The notes: generated by a model not told the origin, from the letters alone. A DNA stretch of 63,277 nt, filler included, from Trichomonas gallinae (GCA_008369845.1; 10 parts of 10 records of this genome joined end to end with filler, not necessarily neighbours in it); one strand, 5' to 3'. Counted from the first letter of the whole stretch, positions 12,138-24,649 are shown. Made by a program: numbers and translations.

Positions 12138-12288
12138 AAAAGATTTCTCGAAAATTTTTGCCAATAAATCCGTTTAAAATGTTTTACATGGCAAAAAATA
12201 TACCAAAACCAACAACATATTATAGATGCTTATAAAAGAAAATATATAACGATGAAGTCTTAGTAGACAATATATCTGTATGACACAG

Positions 12289-12480
12289 CTTCATGTTTTA
12301 TTGATATATTTTTTTTCTATTGAAAAATCATAATTTGTTACATAACGAAATATGATGTAATCTTATATCGTTGAATGCAGCATAATTTTGTTTTCTAGAA
12401 TACCCGAACTTCATGTTTTATTGAGATATATTTTCGTGAATTTAAATATCATAATTTGTCATGATGAAATATGTATCAAT
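12289..12480. repeat. Diverged ~120-bp tandem duplication
   Basis: CTTCATGTTTTATTGA at 12289 and 12409, each followed by ATCATAATTTGT..GAAATATG. Confidence 0.55.
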
Positions 12481-12669
12481 TTACATCATGAAATTTGTTA
12501 GATTCGATATTTTCACACATAATCTGTGATAAAAAAATTTTTTTGAAACAATAATATGCTAGATAATATATAATATAAACACACATTTAATATAACAAAA
12601 ACAAAATTGGTCGATGAAAAAATATTAATGATAATATAAGACAGTATGATTGAATAATGATGTTGTAAA

Positions 12670-13209
12670 TTAAACATTGCCACCACGTTCAATGTTGATT
12701 CTTGTTTGTTCTGTGTATTGATCGTAAGCACGAGCGAGTTTTCTGTTAAATCTTCTGTTATTGTCGTTAATGAAGTCAACTGATGTTTTACCGCTGATGT
12801 CGTAGTCTCTTGCTCTTTCGTTTCTTGCTCTCGATTTCTCTTGTTTTTTAAGAAGTTCTTTTTGCAATCTTTCTCCTGCTTCTGGTTTGACATAGTCTGA
12901 ATCTGCCTTGATTCCCTTTTCTTTTCTGTCTTGGTAGTCTTTGTAGAGATTTGCGGGTAATTTATTAATTGCCTTAAGATATCTATACACATCTCTATCT
13001 TTGGCATGATCTTCAGAAGATGGTCCAACAGCATGAATTTTGCTCAGCTGCGACAAAGGAATATCATATTGATTTGATGGAGCTAATCGAGCTTGTTTCA
13101 GACCGTAAGAATTCGATATTTCGTCAATACAAGCTGTATTATTATCTTGTAGCGTCTTATTTAATCGCATTTCCATTTCGAAAAATCGTTGCTCAAAATC
13201 TGACTCCAT
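12670..13209 (-). CDS. SYF2: Pre-mRNA splicing factor SYF2
   Basis: C-terminal VDFINDNNRRFNRKLARAYDQYTEQTRINIERG matches the SYF2 signature. Confidence 0.9.
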   Translation of the reverse strand: MESDFEQRFFEMEMRLNKTLQDNNTACIDEISNSYGLKQARLAPSNQYDIPLSQLSKIHAVGPSSEDHAKDRDVYRYLKAINKLPANLYKDYQDRKEKGIKADSDYVKPEAGERLQKELLKKQEKSRARNERARDYDISGKTSVDFINDNNRRFNRKLARAYDQYTEQTRINIERGGNV

Positions 13210-13386
13210 TTTTTGTCACATTTCGTGTCACTTTTTGTAATTGTAACATATTTATGCACCTTGATGATAAGAAATGCACCCCATCAATCGAAGACTTTTA
13301 ACCTTAAAAATTTCATTTCAGTCACTTTTTAAAATTGTCACATTTTGAGTCAATTTTTAAAAATTTTGGCACTTTTCTCGAAATTC
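13210..13386. promoter_or_regulatory. Compact bidirectional promoter (SYF2 / importin-like) with clustered GTCAC motifs
   Basis: 177 bp between divergent ATGs; four GTCAC(A/T)TT copies including GTCACTTT at 13321. Confidence 0.6.
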
Positions 13387-15549
13387 ATGGATGAATTTGT
13401 TTTTGTTAAAAATCTTTTAGAAATGATGTCAACAGAACAAGTCCATGAAGCAACGGCGCAGATGGATGATTTGATCATACAAAAATGTTCGGTTCCTGCT
13501 TGTGAAATTATTTTAAATATTATTTTCTCAAACGAATCGATTATTCTTCGAAAACAAGCTTTATTCTATCTTCAATACATTTGTAGAATGCATTGGTGCG
13601 AAATTGATCCAAATTTAAGAAATTTTATCAAACAAGCATATATTGAACGAGTTCAACAAAATACATCAACAGATATCATGAAAGATATACCTGAATTTAC
13701 AAAATGTTTGATAAATTGCGCATTTTATAATGAATCATGGCCAGAATTTTATCAAATTGTTAATGGATTCTTATCTACACAAGAACTACTTGAAAAAGGA
13801 CTTATTTTCTGTAGATCATATGTTTCAATAGATTTGAATGAGGAATTCTTGTCAATTATTTTGAATTTTCTTTTTTCATTGAATTGTGAACGAAATACGG
13901 TTACAACGTTAGCAATTGATTTATATACAGACTTAGTAGAAAAGAATGTTGGTCCAGTTCTTGAAAAAATTGCTGAATATTATGAATTTGTTAAATCAAA
14001 GCTTTCTACCTTAACAAGTACAGAAATGCTATGTGTTCTCCGTTTCTTTGTTGCATATACTTCAAAACAACCACAAAACTCAGCAGAAATTGTAGAATTT
14101 GTATTTAATCAAATTTATAGTGGTGAATGGCCAAAATTCACACCAGAATATAAATGCAAACTATTAAATATATTCAGCAACCTTCTTGATGTACCAGATT
14201 TAGTTCCTCATATTCTAAATTTTGGAGATTTTTTAGTTAACATTGCTTTCACTGAATTCAATGTTACTCCAGAGATGTTTGAAGATGATCCAGCAAATTT
14301 CGTTAACAGCGTCGACGAAATTGGAGATCCATTTGAAACACCAAAATTAGCTGTAGAAACAATCATCAAAAAGGTAACATTTTCATTAATACCGATTGAA
14401 GATACGAAATCATTATATTCATCCCTTTGGGAAACACTTTCACTTCCTGATGAATCATATAATTTGTTCAAAGTTCTTCATATTTTGTCTTTCTTGCCGC
14501 AAGCAGCAGTAGATACAGAATTCTATTTTACTGTCTTCGAAAATTTTGCACAAGACGCAGATTTTATTGTGAGAGCTTCTGTTTATATGTTTTTCTCTCA
14601 GCCGGCAAAAATTGAAGTTCCAGTCGAATACACAATGCAGATGTACCAGGCAATGGTTGGCGACGAATCAAGACTAGTCCAATATTACGCTGCCGTGTGC
14701 TGCTCTAAATATCTCTTTGAGACAGAGCAGTTCAAGAATTCTTTGGATTTCGAGAATTTCGTGAATCTATTTAACCTTTTGACAGAATTTGGGCAACAAT
14801 TTGGAAACCAAGACATTTTGTCTTCCCTTTATTACATGGTAGAGAGTTGCAACATGAACCCTCAGATTCCGTGCAACATCATAGAAGTCGCGCATCAGTT
14901 TTTAGACACGATAGACATCAACAATTTTTCAGCGAACGAAAGTTTGCCACTTTTCTCACTGAAGACAATCATCAAAGTTTCTGCTAAATTCGTAGGCGAG
15001 GAAGATATCGAACGTATGCATGATTTAGCAAGGAAACTTTTGATTCTCGCTCGCGGATTCGCGAATAATGATCCCGTAACATCTGATTTACTTTTTGAAT
15101 CTCTCGCGGATATAATCTTTTATGTTAAATACTCAAATATTTTCTGGGACATGATTGACGAGATCCTTGAGGCAGGAAATAACGAGGAGACTTACGGATG
15201 TGTGTCTAAAGTCTTGGAAACAATGATATTTAAAGACGAAAACTTCGCAAATAATGAAAATAGAGAGAAAATTTATTCGTTCATTTCTTCATTGATGAAT
15301 GAGTCAACTCTCCAGGAACTTGCTCCGGCGATAACTGCCTTTATAATAAGAGTCCCAGGGAGCTTCAACGCTGCAGAAATTGCTTCTGTTATTCTCTCAA
15401 ACGAAATTGAAGTCAACGCGAATTTTATCAAAGCTTTGTCGCAGCAGATAGAAAACGAGGAACTCAGAAATGCTTTAATGGAGAATAGCATGACTGGTGC
15501 TGGATGCGATGAGGAAGATTTTGACGAAAATCGCTGCAAATGGTTTTAG
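13387..15549 (+). CDS. Importin-beta family HEAT protein (importin-7/8/11-like)
   Basis: LRKQALFYLQYICRMHW IBN_N-like motif, EMFEDDPANFV acidic loop; first ATG 13387. Confidence 0.7.
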   Translation: MDEFVFVKNLLEMMSTEQVHEATAQMDDLIIQKCSVPACEIILNIIFSNESIILRKQALFYLQYICRMHWCEIDPNLRNFIKQAYIERVQQNTSTDIMKDIPEFTKCLINCAFYNESWPEFYQIVNGFLSTQELLEKGLIFCRSYVSIDLNEEFLSIILNFLFSLNCERNTVTTLAIDLYTDLVEKNVGPVLEKIAEYYEFVKSKLSTLTSTEMLCVLRFFVAYTSKQPQNSAEIVEFVFNQIYSGEWPKFTPEYKCKLLNIFSNLLDVPDLVPHILNFGDFLVNIAFTEFNVTPEMFEDDPANFVNSVDEIGDPFETPKLAVETIIKKVTFSLIPIEDTKSLYSSLWETLSLPDESYNLFKVLHILSFLPQAAVDTEFYFTVFENFAQDADFIVRASVYMFFSQPAKIEVPVEYTMQMYQAMVGDESRLVQYYAAVCCSKYLFETEQFKNSLDFENFVNLFNLLTEFGQQFGNQDILSSLYYMVESCNMNPQIPCNIIEVAHQFLDTIDINNFSANESLPLFSLKTIIKVSAKFVGEEDIERMHDLARKLLILARGFANNDPVTSDLLFESLADIIFYVKYSNIFWDMIDEILEAGNNEETYGCVSKVLETMIFKDENFANNENREKIYSFISSLMNESTLQELAPAITAFIIRVPGSFNAAEIASVILSNEIEVNANFIKALSQQIENEELRNALMENSMTGAGCDEEDFDENRCKWF

Positions 15550-15929
15550 ATTTTTACTAATTTATTTTGATTATTTTTATAGAGATAGAATTAAAGAATT
15601 AATTATTAACAAAAAGAAATTAATTGGAAAAATAATTAATAGAGTTATCGAATATATTTTTATCAAAAATTTTTTCTTTTGGAATTGGACATTTTAAACT
15701 TTATATTTAATTAGAAACACAAAAATTATATGATTTAAGATAATATTTAATATCATTTACGTTAAGAGATTTTTATCAAAATTTTATTTTTTGAAATTAG
15801 AACAATATCATTGCAAATAATATTATTCTATCCATAAATAGTAAGAATGTTAAATATGAGAAAAATTAGTCGAAGAAATAATTATGAAAAAAATATTATT
15901 ACAATAAACCAAACCAATAAATTAAATTT

Positions 15930-17327
15930 TTAGTGTTTTCTAATTGGACAGTTCTCCTCAATCTTGTGTTCAAGATCTTGGATAGCTTTATCTGCTTTGA
16001 TAATATTTTCTCTTTCCGCTTCATCGAATATGGAATAGATATCAGCTGTATCGCGGCGAACTTTATCTGCTCTAACTTTATCTCTTGCAATTTTAGCATT
16101 AATTGTAGATTTAATAGTAACTAAGTTTTCATCAATTTCCTGCATCTGCTCATTGACTTCACGTAACTTTGCAGCGGTTTCATCGAATGCATCGGATAAT
16201 AATTTTTGTTGTGCATCAGCATCGCCCTGTCTTGCCTCCCAGACCCTAAGTCTCTGCTGTACGCCTGACCTAAGATCTTCGTGGCGAGCCTGCTTGCCAT
16301 TTTCGAGCGCGTCTTGAACTGACTGATGAATTTGATTAAATGATTTCTGTGCGAAGCTCATATTCTGAAGAAGACGTGGGTCAATGAGTCCATTCTCTGA
16401 GAGAAAGCCAGCATCGAGATGTGCAGCGCAAGATGTGAGTTGTTCGAAAATATCTTGAATTTCTGCCTTTTGCTGTTCAAGTCTCTGATCAATCAAGGCT
16501 TTCTTCTGGATCTTGTACTGCTCTAACTCGTATAAGAACATTTCCTCGCGATAACGAATTGTTGAATTTAAGTTATAAAGTAAATTGCAATTCTTCATCT
16601 GAAGATCGTTAATGCTCGATTTAACACGATTGCGGATGGTGCTGAGTGTATTGGCAACAAAGAAGTTGATGCTTTGCGTTCTAATTTCAGGGCAGGCAGC
16701 AATCATATCAAATTCTTCATCTGTAAGATCATTGAAGTTAATTTTGAGTGATAATATGACAGCTGTCTCTGGGTTCGTCTTGTATAACTTCAAAACGAAT
16801 TTCTTGAATTTGTTTGCGTCAATTTCGAATTCTTTTTCTGCAATGAGGACAATTCTGTATAAAAGCTCCGGTTCAACATCGGCGATGCGGTCATCATCGT
16901 AGAGAGTGTTGATAATCCTGGCCACATCTGTCAGTTCTTTAACAGATTCTCTCTGATTATCAATTGCATCGATTAAAACACCGAGTGGATCAATACGTGG
17001 GCGGACAACAATTTTGCGCTTCTGGCAGAATGCTGTAACCTCCTCTTCTAATGGTTTAACTTCCCAGTTTCTTGATAGAGTAATTAAATCTTGCGCGTTA
17101 TCTGTGTTAATTTCGTATTTTTTGTCCTGGCAGTATGAAAGGAACGTGAGAAATGAGTCGCGGAGAACATTTTCCTTGACTTCGAATCCTTCGGGATTTT
17201 GTGCTGATTGTTCTGCGAAATAACTCGATTTTTTAGCGAAAACAGTTGCATCGACTTTAATCTTCTCGTCCCTGAGGAAGATGTAGTAGCCCTGCCTGCG
17301 AGTTCTGTGACTTGTTCCTGTACTCAT
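15930..17327 (-). CDS. BTB/POZ-like N-terminal domain plus coiled-coil protein
   Basis: VDATVFAKKSSYF...FLTFLSYC...INTDNAQDLITLSRNWEV BTB-like pattern. Confidence 0.7.
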   Translation of the reverse strand: MSTGTSHRTRRQGYYIFLRDEKIKVDATVFAKKSSYFAEQSAQNPEGFEVKENVLRDSFLTFLSYCQDKKYEINTDNAQDLITLSRNWEVKPLEEEVTAFCQKRKIVVRPRIDPLGVLIDAIDNQRESVKELTDVARIINTLYDDDRIADVEPELLYRIVLIAEKEFEIDANKFKKFVLKLYKTNPETAVILSLKINFNDLTDEEFDMIAACPEIRTQSINFFVANTLSTIRNRVKSSINDLQMKNCNLLYNLNSTIRYREEMFLYELEQYKIQKKALIDQRLEQQKAEIQDIFEQLTSCAAHLDAGFLSENGLIDPRLLQNMSFAQKSFNQIHQSVQDALENGKQARHEDLRSGVQQRLRVWEARQGDADAQQKLLSDAFDETAAKLREVNEQMQEIDENLVTIKSTINAKIARDKVRADKVRRDTADIYSIFDEAERENIIKADKAIQDLEHKIEENCPIRKH

Positions 17328-17805
17328 TTATCGTCACTTTTGCCGTTTTCCTTACATCAGAAAAGTGTCAGTTTTACCGAAAGACGTTTTTCGTATTCTC
17401 TAACATGTTTTTTCCAGCAATTTGCACTATAATACAACATATTTTAACAAAATTTTGACTATTATTCCAGGAAATATTTAGGATATATTCTTATTATAGA
17501 GAATATATATTGAGATTTATAAATTATGATTGTTTGGTTGTTAATAGGATAATTCAGAATTATTGATATTATAGCAGGAAAATTTCAATAATTCAAATAT
17601 ATGACCGACAATATATGATAAAATTTGAGGAGTATGATTAAATAATTGTTTAATGCATAATTATGGACTGTTTTATACAAATATGTGAAATTTTTAAAAA
17701 AGCATGTCTCACTTTGAAAAAATATTAAAATAGTTGTGACAGTTTTTATCGTTAAAAAATATATTAGTCACTTTTCCCTCCTTTTGTAAAAAAATTTTGC
17801 AATTT

Positions 17806-17905
17806 NNNNNNNNNNNNNNNNNNNNNNNNNNNNNNNNNNNNNNNNNNNNTTAATTAATTAANNNNNNNNNNNNNNNNNNNNNNNNNNNNNNNNNNNNNNN
17901 NNNNN
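17806..17905. other. Artificial contig linker
   Basis: 44 N + TTAATTAATTAA (stops in all six frames) + 44 N. Confidence 0.99.
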
Positions 17906-18303
17906 ATTGAATACATGTAAATTTGGCAGAAAAGAAACAGCTTTCATATATTACAGAGAATAAATATTAAATTTAATATGATTTAATTTTTAAATGATAA
18001 AATTATGACATGTAAACTAAATTTACATATAAAAAAATAAAAACGTGCCAAAAGCTAGTTTTGAATTTTCAAATTAAAATAATTTAATTAGAATTCCATA
18101 TAATGTTCATATACAAATTCAAAATATAGCGTATTTTTAATGATAAGATTGTTTTAAAATCAATTTTGAAATTTGAAGAAAAAAAAATATTCATTTTTGG
18201 GAATAAAAAGTTAATTATTTTGAATTGCTATGGTTTTTACACACAGAAAATCACATTAAAAATTAACTAAAAGACATCGTTTGTTTTCAAGTTTTTCTCA
18301 TTG

Positions 18304-19686
18304 ATGCACACACTTGATGTCCAAATCATCATCATCTTTGTCGCGAGTATGATGGTTGGATTATCACGCATGATCAAACGGATATTCTTCTCGGGAAACT
18401 CAGTTCCAGACGATTTGAAAAAGTTGTTATTTAGGTATTACTTCACAGAAACAATCATAGTAATGGTAATACACCTACAACTACCCTACAAATATACGCT
18501 ATTTTTAGAAGCAGGATATACACACGCTGAAATTTCAAAGATGATTGCGAATTCTCATTTGATTAATGCCGCTTGGAATCTAATTTTACCATTTATATCG
18601 AAAAGACTTGAACATAGATTCGTTATTTGTCTTAGTATCTGTATGTATACATTGGCCTCATTATTATTTGCTTTTTATACTACACCATTCTCATACTTAA
18701 TAGCAAATACATTAGTTAGCTTGACATTTTCAACACTAATGAGGTCATTCCACGATTGGTGGCTGAATGAAGAAATTTTATTACCTGAAGAATATAAAGC
18801 AAACATTACTTTTCACGAATGGAGATCATTCATTAATCTAATGGTATCAATAGCATCATCGCCAACGAGTTCTTTCGTTACTCATAAATATGGAATTCAT
18901 TTTCTTTACGGATTAACGCCTGGACTCATATTGGCTGCTATTCCATTAGTAATAATGATGCTTGCACCATCAACAGTATCTGAAAAGAAGTCAATTAGAA
19001 ATGATTTTGTTGAAATCTACAGTTTTTTGAACAAAAGCAAAATTATATTCCTCATTATATTCATTGAGATCATACAAGGCATTTCCATGTTCCTAGTCAA
19101 TCAAAGACTTTCAGCATTTTTAATGACACCAAATCACCGACCATTTATGGGTTTTGTATCAGGAACATATGCAATATTAGGACTACTTGGCACCCAGTTT
19201 CTTTCTTTTCTATCTGATATATTATCTCCTGAAAAATCTTGGTTATTATCTGCCTTGTTTTCAGGGATCTCATTGACAATGATATATGTTTTCTATAAGA
19301 ATAAGTATATAGTTTTCATCATGAATTGCTGCGAATCTTTTTGTTCTTCGATTGTTATGGCGAATCGCGTTGAAATCGTTAAAGCATTCTTTCCACGGTC
19401 AATACGAGGATACCTAGTAACAATGAGTCGAACTCCAACACTTGTATTGTCTTATATCTCTTTGAAAATTATTGTTACAAATCATATCGAGTATTTTGCT
19501 CTTCTAGGAGGTATATTGATGATAATAAGCTCAATAATAGGAATTCCTTTCCTCAGAAGAAAGTATGAAGGCGAATCTGTTCCAGCTGAACCAGGAAATG
19601 AATATTCGAATTCAATCCAAGCCGAGGAAGACTACAAAGAAGAAGAGGAAGTATTCTCAGATTCATATGATGAAAAAACTGCTTAA
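18304..19686 (+). CDS. Major facilitator superfamily transporter (MFSD5/molybdate-anion transporter-like)
   Basis: About 12-13 TM segments; LQLPYKYTLF and SFHDWW resemble MFSD5 motifs; acidic tail. Confidence 0.75.
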   Translation: MHTLDVQIIIIFVASMMVGLSRMIKRIFFSGNSVPDDLKKLLFRYYFTETIIVMVIHLQLPYKYTLFLEAGYTHAEISKMIANSHLINAAWNLILPFISKRLEHRFVICLSICMYTLASLLFAFYTTPFSYLIANTLVSLTFSTLMRSFHDWWLNEEILLPEEYKANITFHEWRSFINLMVSIASSPTSSFVTHKYGIHFLYGLTPGLILAAIPLVIMMLAPSTVSEKKSIRNDFVEIYSFLNKSKIIFLIIFIEIIQGISMFLVNQRLSAFLMTPNHRPFMGFVSGTYAILGLLGTQFLSFLSDILSPEKSWLLSALFSGISLTMIYVFYKNKYIVFIMNCCESFCSSIVMANRVEIVKAFFPRSIRGYLVTMSRTPTLVLSYISLKIIVTNHIEYFALLGGILMIISSIIGIPFLRRKYEGESVPAEPGNEYSNSIQAEEDYKEEEEVFSDSYDEKTA

Positions 19687-19981
19687 CTTTTTGTTTGTTA
19701 TAAAATATCTGTCTATTTTCAAAAAAGTATTATACAATTTAACAGCACAATACTCAAATATTTATATATAACAATAAAAATTATAATAATTCAAATAACA
19801 ATAAAAATTATAATAATTCAAATGAATTTGAAAAAATAATACAATTTTGATAATTTAATATGAAAATTTAAACTTATTTCGTTCAGTTGTATATCATATT
19901 GCTTTGATTTTACATTATTTCGATTAATATTTTTTATCAAAAAATTATAAATTGCATTATGATTCATTAAATCAAATAAGG

Positions 19982-20925
19982 ATGTCGAAAAGTGAGATAC
20001 CCCAAGTTTTTAATATAATGGGGTATGAGTATTGTCATTTTTTGAAAAGGTATTGAAACTTCCAAATAACCCATAAAATAGACCTAAACTCCATATATAG
20101 ATGCAGTACAATATGGAGGATAAGTATCCAAAGTTCCTTAGTCCAGCAACAGTAGTGAAACATGAATTAATATAATATGTATCAAATGTTGTAATAAAAA
20201 GTTTTTATAATTCCAATCAATGAAAACTCTTTATTGATTAACAGACAACAAGAATAAAGATAATATAGAATTTAAGGTTAAAATATTTTTTTTCTTTATC
20301 ATCAATAATATGTTGACTACTAAGAATGGCTTATTGTGGGATTCATATCTCTTATAGGAATTCTATATATGCACAGAACAATGCATTCAAATTATACGAT
20401 TACTCAAGTGGGAGCGTTCTAGGTCCAAGAATTATAAAAGCAAATTCATATTATGAATTCACACACTTCAATGGTTCTAACTTTCACTTATTTGGCTATA
20501 ATATTGGTGCTAGGTTCATATATGCTTATCCACAAGGTCAAAATTTCTATGGAGTTTGGAATCTTGTTGATATGCCTAATGGAAAGGCACAACAAAAACT
20601 TAATGAGAATATTCCAGTCAAAACAACAGTGGGAATTGGTTATTCAACATTCAAAAAAATTTTTTATATAATTTATCAAGAAACTGTAGTTCAAATCCCT
20701 TTAAATAATGTTAAAGAATCTGATGAAATTATTCCTGGATTTGTGGAAGGAAATGTGAAAAATATTTTTGATTATGTTTCTATTAATTTTGGTCAACAGC
20801 CATTTAAATATAACCTAAAAGGATTTAAGAGCTATTGCTACTTTGCTGTGCAAACTCTTCCAAACACTCGTTTTTATATTAATCTTTTGTTGTATTCATG
20901 TTTGATACTTGTTGAAATCTCATAA
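19982..20925 (+). pseudogene. SPRY/B30.2-like surface-family gene; 3' 199 codons open (20326-20925), 5' part degraded
   Basis: TVGIGY...VSINFGQQPFKY SPRY motif, hydrophobic C-tail; upstream coding-like remnant (MSKSEIPQVFNIMGYEYCHF) interrupted by stops. Confidence 0.55.
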
Positions 20926-21281
20926 GTATATATTAAAAACATAGTTGATGCTTTTCCTGCTGTGTAGCACAGCGAATCAACTTATCTTGTTTATAATGAT
21001 GAAATTATAAAAGTGACAAAAATTTAATACAAGTCATAGAATTTTTCTTAAAGTTTTCACAAATTATCTTTTCCAAATTTTTCCAGTTCTCTTCTTGAAT
21101 TTCATTTTTATTTTCAAGACTCGATTTAATGCTCCAAAATTGCATCCATATGAAAATCTATAATTGAAATCATATCAATGGAGAGCCATCAAAAGAAGCA
21201 TGCTTCGATTCAATACTATGATTAATTTGAGCGTAGATTCATGCTCAAATTCAGGATTAACGAAGAGCGTCAAAAGAAATA

Positions 21282-22526
21282 TCAAATTTGTTTTTCAATG
21301 ATAAGATCAAGATAGATTGGCTCGATGAATTCCTTTGGTCTTTTCATTATTTCGTTAAGGTTATAATACTGTCTAAGTCCGTCTGTATGTACCCATTTTC
21401 CATTGTGAACAGCGTCAACGACTTGCTTCGTGTGTCTCACCATTTTACTTATGCTGCATTTGAAACCATCTTCGGAATCATGTTTATGATACAAATGCAT
21501 TATTCCCGCCATGAATATCTCTGATGTAATGAAAAGCTGAATGTTAGGTTCATCAAGTTTATCATTGAGAGCCAAGCAGACACCTGTGCCAGATTTCATG
21601 AACAATGAGTTATACAGCATTGAACCGCAAACTGTAACCACAACTTTGTAAGTTGACCATTCTTTAATCATTATCTGCAAATTTCTCTCATTCGAAAATG
21701 TGAAATTTTCCCACACCCTTCCTGCTTCCAATGAAACATTCTTCTTTATTTCATTTGATAGTTCGACAAAGTTCATTATAAATCGCCTATTGTTTCGATT
21801 GATGATAACATACCTATCAGGATTAATTTCATCTAGTCTATATAATTTTCTTAGTCGACTTCTCAGGTTATGTATGCCTCCTATTGTAACGCAATGAACT
21901 CTTTGGAAAGGTGCAACAACGTACAGCTTTCGCGCAAAAATGTTCTCATGATCGGGAAAGAACTTCAGATTATTCCATTGAAGAATTTTTGCCCAATTTT
22001 GAATTTCATGACCTCCCCAGCAAGGATAGGATGTATAGCATTCTTGCTGCATGATGATTTCTGGAATGAATGATAAACAGCAAATTCCGTCGTGCACCAT
22101 GTGCCCAAAATTGCAATATGGCATTGAATACATAATGGCAACATCAACTACTTTGCAATTTGTTTTCGGTGTTGGTAATGGATGTATTTTAGAATATCTT
22201 TTAGTTATTTCCGATAATGTGGTTGATATGCTATGCCAATAAATATTTTCATACTCCAATAAATATAATAACGAGTGCAATATTGCGTATTTTGGAACCT
22301 CACTATCTCTGCTTGGTCTATCATACGTAATTAATGAGTTATTGAGATGCTCTATGCCTTTAGTATATAGTATTTCGGTAATCCGCGTAAATTTTTGCGG
22401 ATTGATTTTTAAACCAATATCAGAATAGGCTCCTTGCATTATTATAAATATGTATGCGAAGACAAGTGTCCAGCAAGCTACATCATTATTTTTGGGCGCC
22501 ATTTTGGGCATCTTAGAAATCAACAT
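21282..22526 (-). CDS. Glycosyltransferase family 61 (DUF563) type II membrane protein
   Basis: N-terminal TM; NFGHMVHD, INRNNRRFIMNFVEL, GSMLYNSLFMKSGT motifs. Confidence 0.8.
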   Translation of the reverse strand: MLISKMPKMAPKNNDVACWTLVFAYIFIIMQGAYSDIGLKINPQKFTRITEILYTKGIEHLNNSLITYDRPSRDSEVPKYAILHSLLYLLEYENIYWHSISTTLSEITKRYSKIHPLPTPKTNCKVVDVAIMYSMPYCNFGHMVHDGICCLSFIPEIIMQQECYTSYPCWGGHEIQNWAKILQWNNLKFFPDHENIFARKLYVVAPFQRVHCVTIGGIHNLRSRLRKLYRLDEINPDRYVIINRNNRRFIMNFVELSNEIKKNVSLEAGRVWENFTFSNERNLQIMIKEWSTYKVVVTVCGSMLYNSLFMKSGTGVCLALNDKLDEPNIQLFITSEIFMAGIMHLYHKHDSEDGFKCSISKMVRHTKQVVDAVHNGKWVHTDGLRQYYNLNEIMKRPKEFIEPIYLDLIIEKQI

Positions 22527-23475
22527 ATTAGCATAATCTTACGATTGTGAAGTTTACAAAGAACTTTTGAAAGATTGTGAGCTTTTGTTAGCATGAGTGT
22601 AATGGTTAATATAATAAAAAAAAGAAGAAATGATGTGGTGAACGCATAGATAATCTCATATGAATTTTAATATTAAAATATTACTAATAATCAGGATCAT
22701 AATGTAAAAATTTAATGTATGCATATATAAAATATAACACACAACTTTATAAGCAAATTCTTAATGTTTTTCAAGACAAAAATTCAATTGAAAAAGGTGA
22801 CACACATAAATCTATTTTGAATGATTGTACTATTTATATGAATATGAGCCTAATATGATTGAAATAGTGTCAGAAAAATGGTAGAGATTTGTGAAGAAAA
22901 GTGCTAAAACCGTTTTCCTCACTATATACGCTTGATGTTAAATATAGCATTACAATAGCATGTTTAGATTCTAAATTTCATACTTTTTGTATTTGTTTTT
23001 TTTTTTTTTTTTGCCCCGCCTAAACAAATTTAAGAATAACTCGAAACCCATCAATTATTTAGTAAAAGTATTTACCAACGCTTAGAGAAGGTCGATTGCA
23101 TAAATAGTAATAGGGTATTTGCTGTAATGTTATTTTCAGATTTTAATGATATATGTAAACAGTTGCTGTTTAACTAATTTTAACCACAAGGATAGTTTCC
23201 GTGTAGCACAAATGAAAAATAAGCATTTAAAAATTTCGAATTTCATAACTCCAAAGATTCCAAGCAAAAATCTTAGTAAGCCATACATTATACTTATATA
23301 CATATAGTGATTCTATGATAGAAGTATTAAGACTCAAACTTCTTTAGGAAGTATACTGCACGTAAATTTTAATTTAAAGATATTAAATAGTTATTTATAA
23401 CGCTTGTTAATAATAAAATGCGAAAATAGAAAACTCCATGCGTTTGGTTCTATCGTCCTGGTAACGGCTTCAAAA

Positions 23476-24579
23476 ATGAGTGGAATTGGTAAAATTCGCC
23501 GTCGTGTAAAGAAAGTCACGCAAGACGGTGAGGTCCAAAAGGTCCACATTCGCGTCAAAAAGCCAAGGGAACTCGACGAGAACGGAAATTACGTACCACA
23601 CAAATATCATCATACAAATACAACAACAGATACATATACAGAGCAGTCATTTATACCAGTCGAAACAGCAGACTTAACAGGAATCAACACACAGACGATG
23701 ACAGACGATAATCAGCCGAGAAGAAATGCAAATAAGACAGAACTTAGATTACCAGGCCAGGAGAATCCAAGCGATGTCCGTAGCACACGTTCTAAGAAGA
23801 AATACACAGCAAAAGCTTTATGCATTTTCGAAGAATTAGGCCCAGATTGGGTAGAAACAAGAACAACACAGAAGAGATTTATCAAGCATGATTCTGACGA
23901 TGAATTTGAGCCAGGTTACCATGCTCCGCCAGAATCTACAATCGTTGATACAGTTCCAACAACAACTGTCATAAGTATGACACGTGAAATGATGATAACA
24001 ACAAATACAATCGACTTTGGAGAGGATATTGAAGATCCATTCTTCAAAGAAATTCAAGATCAAATTCTTGCTGAGCGTGAGGCCCGTCTTCAGGCAAAGA
24101 TTCGCGCTAAAGATTCACAGCCTCCAACTACAGACTCTGTTGTTTCTATCCACACAACAGTAGAACCTGATGAAGACATTCCACCTTACAAACTTTATCC
24201 GAAGTCAACATGCCCAGAGAAATACAGGCCAGAATCAGAATATCCATTCATCTCAGAGCCACCTTACAATGGAGAATACAGCGAAGTCGAAATGCTCATC
24301 GAGGCTGATCCAGACACAGCTGACTTCGTTGAAGCAGGAACATCTGAGAACGAGCCAATGTTATTCGTCGAACAATCAGCTTCGACAACAACAGAAGATA
24401 TTATTAACAACGGAGGCGTCCAAAGACAGCAACAGTCAGATAATGTTAGCAGCGCTGTATCAATTAAAAGCGCTGATATTATTCGTAGTAATAATAATGA
24501 TATACCAGACCTCAACTCATTTACTGGTTATGAAGATGAGGAAGAAGAGTATTATTACGAAGAAGAAGATATTGAGTAG
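23476..24579 (+). CDS. Hypothetical low-complexity (T/E/D-rich) protein
   Basis: ORF from ATG 23476 (track start is TTG); basic N-terminus, acidic C-terminus. Confidence 0.7.
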   Translation: MSGIGKIRRRVKKVTQDGEVQKVHIRVKKPRELDENGNYVPHKYHHTNTTTDTYTEQSFIPVETADLTGINTQTMTDDNQPRRNANKTELRLPGQENPSDVRSTRSKKKYTAKALCIFEELGPDWVETRTTQKRFIKHDSDDEFEPGYHAPPESTIVDTVPTTTVISMTREMMITTNTIDFGEDIEDPFFKEIQDQILAEREARLQAKIRAKDSQPPTTDSVVSIHTTVEPDEDIPPYKLYPKSTCPEKYRPESEYPFISEPPYNGEYSEVEMLIEADPDTADFVEAGTSENEPMLFVEQSASTTTEDIINNGGVQRQQQSDNVSSAVSIKSADIIRSNNNDIPDLNSFTGYEDEEEEYYYEEEDIE

Positions 24580-24649
24580 TAAACTGCTTATTTTAATTTA
24601 TGATTATATGATATCCCATGAACCTTAATTATCTCGAATTAGTACAGGC

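Noticed and set aside
12513..13034. 173-aa alternative-frame ORF overlapping SYF2, and many other short overlapping or antisense ORFs
   Set aside because: Shadow frames of real genes, with no motifs and often TTG/GTG starts
19768..19822. ~28-bp perfect tandem duplication; also a 9-bp-stem hairpin at ~21224-21250
   Set aside because: Ordinary slippage or chance features in AT-rich DNA
22997..23025. T-tract followed by GCCCCGCC as a retro-insertion
   Set aside because: No convincing target-site duplication found
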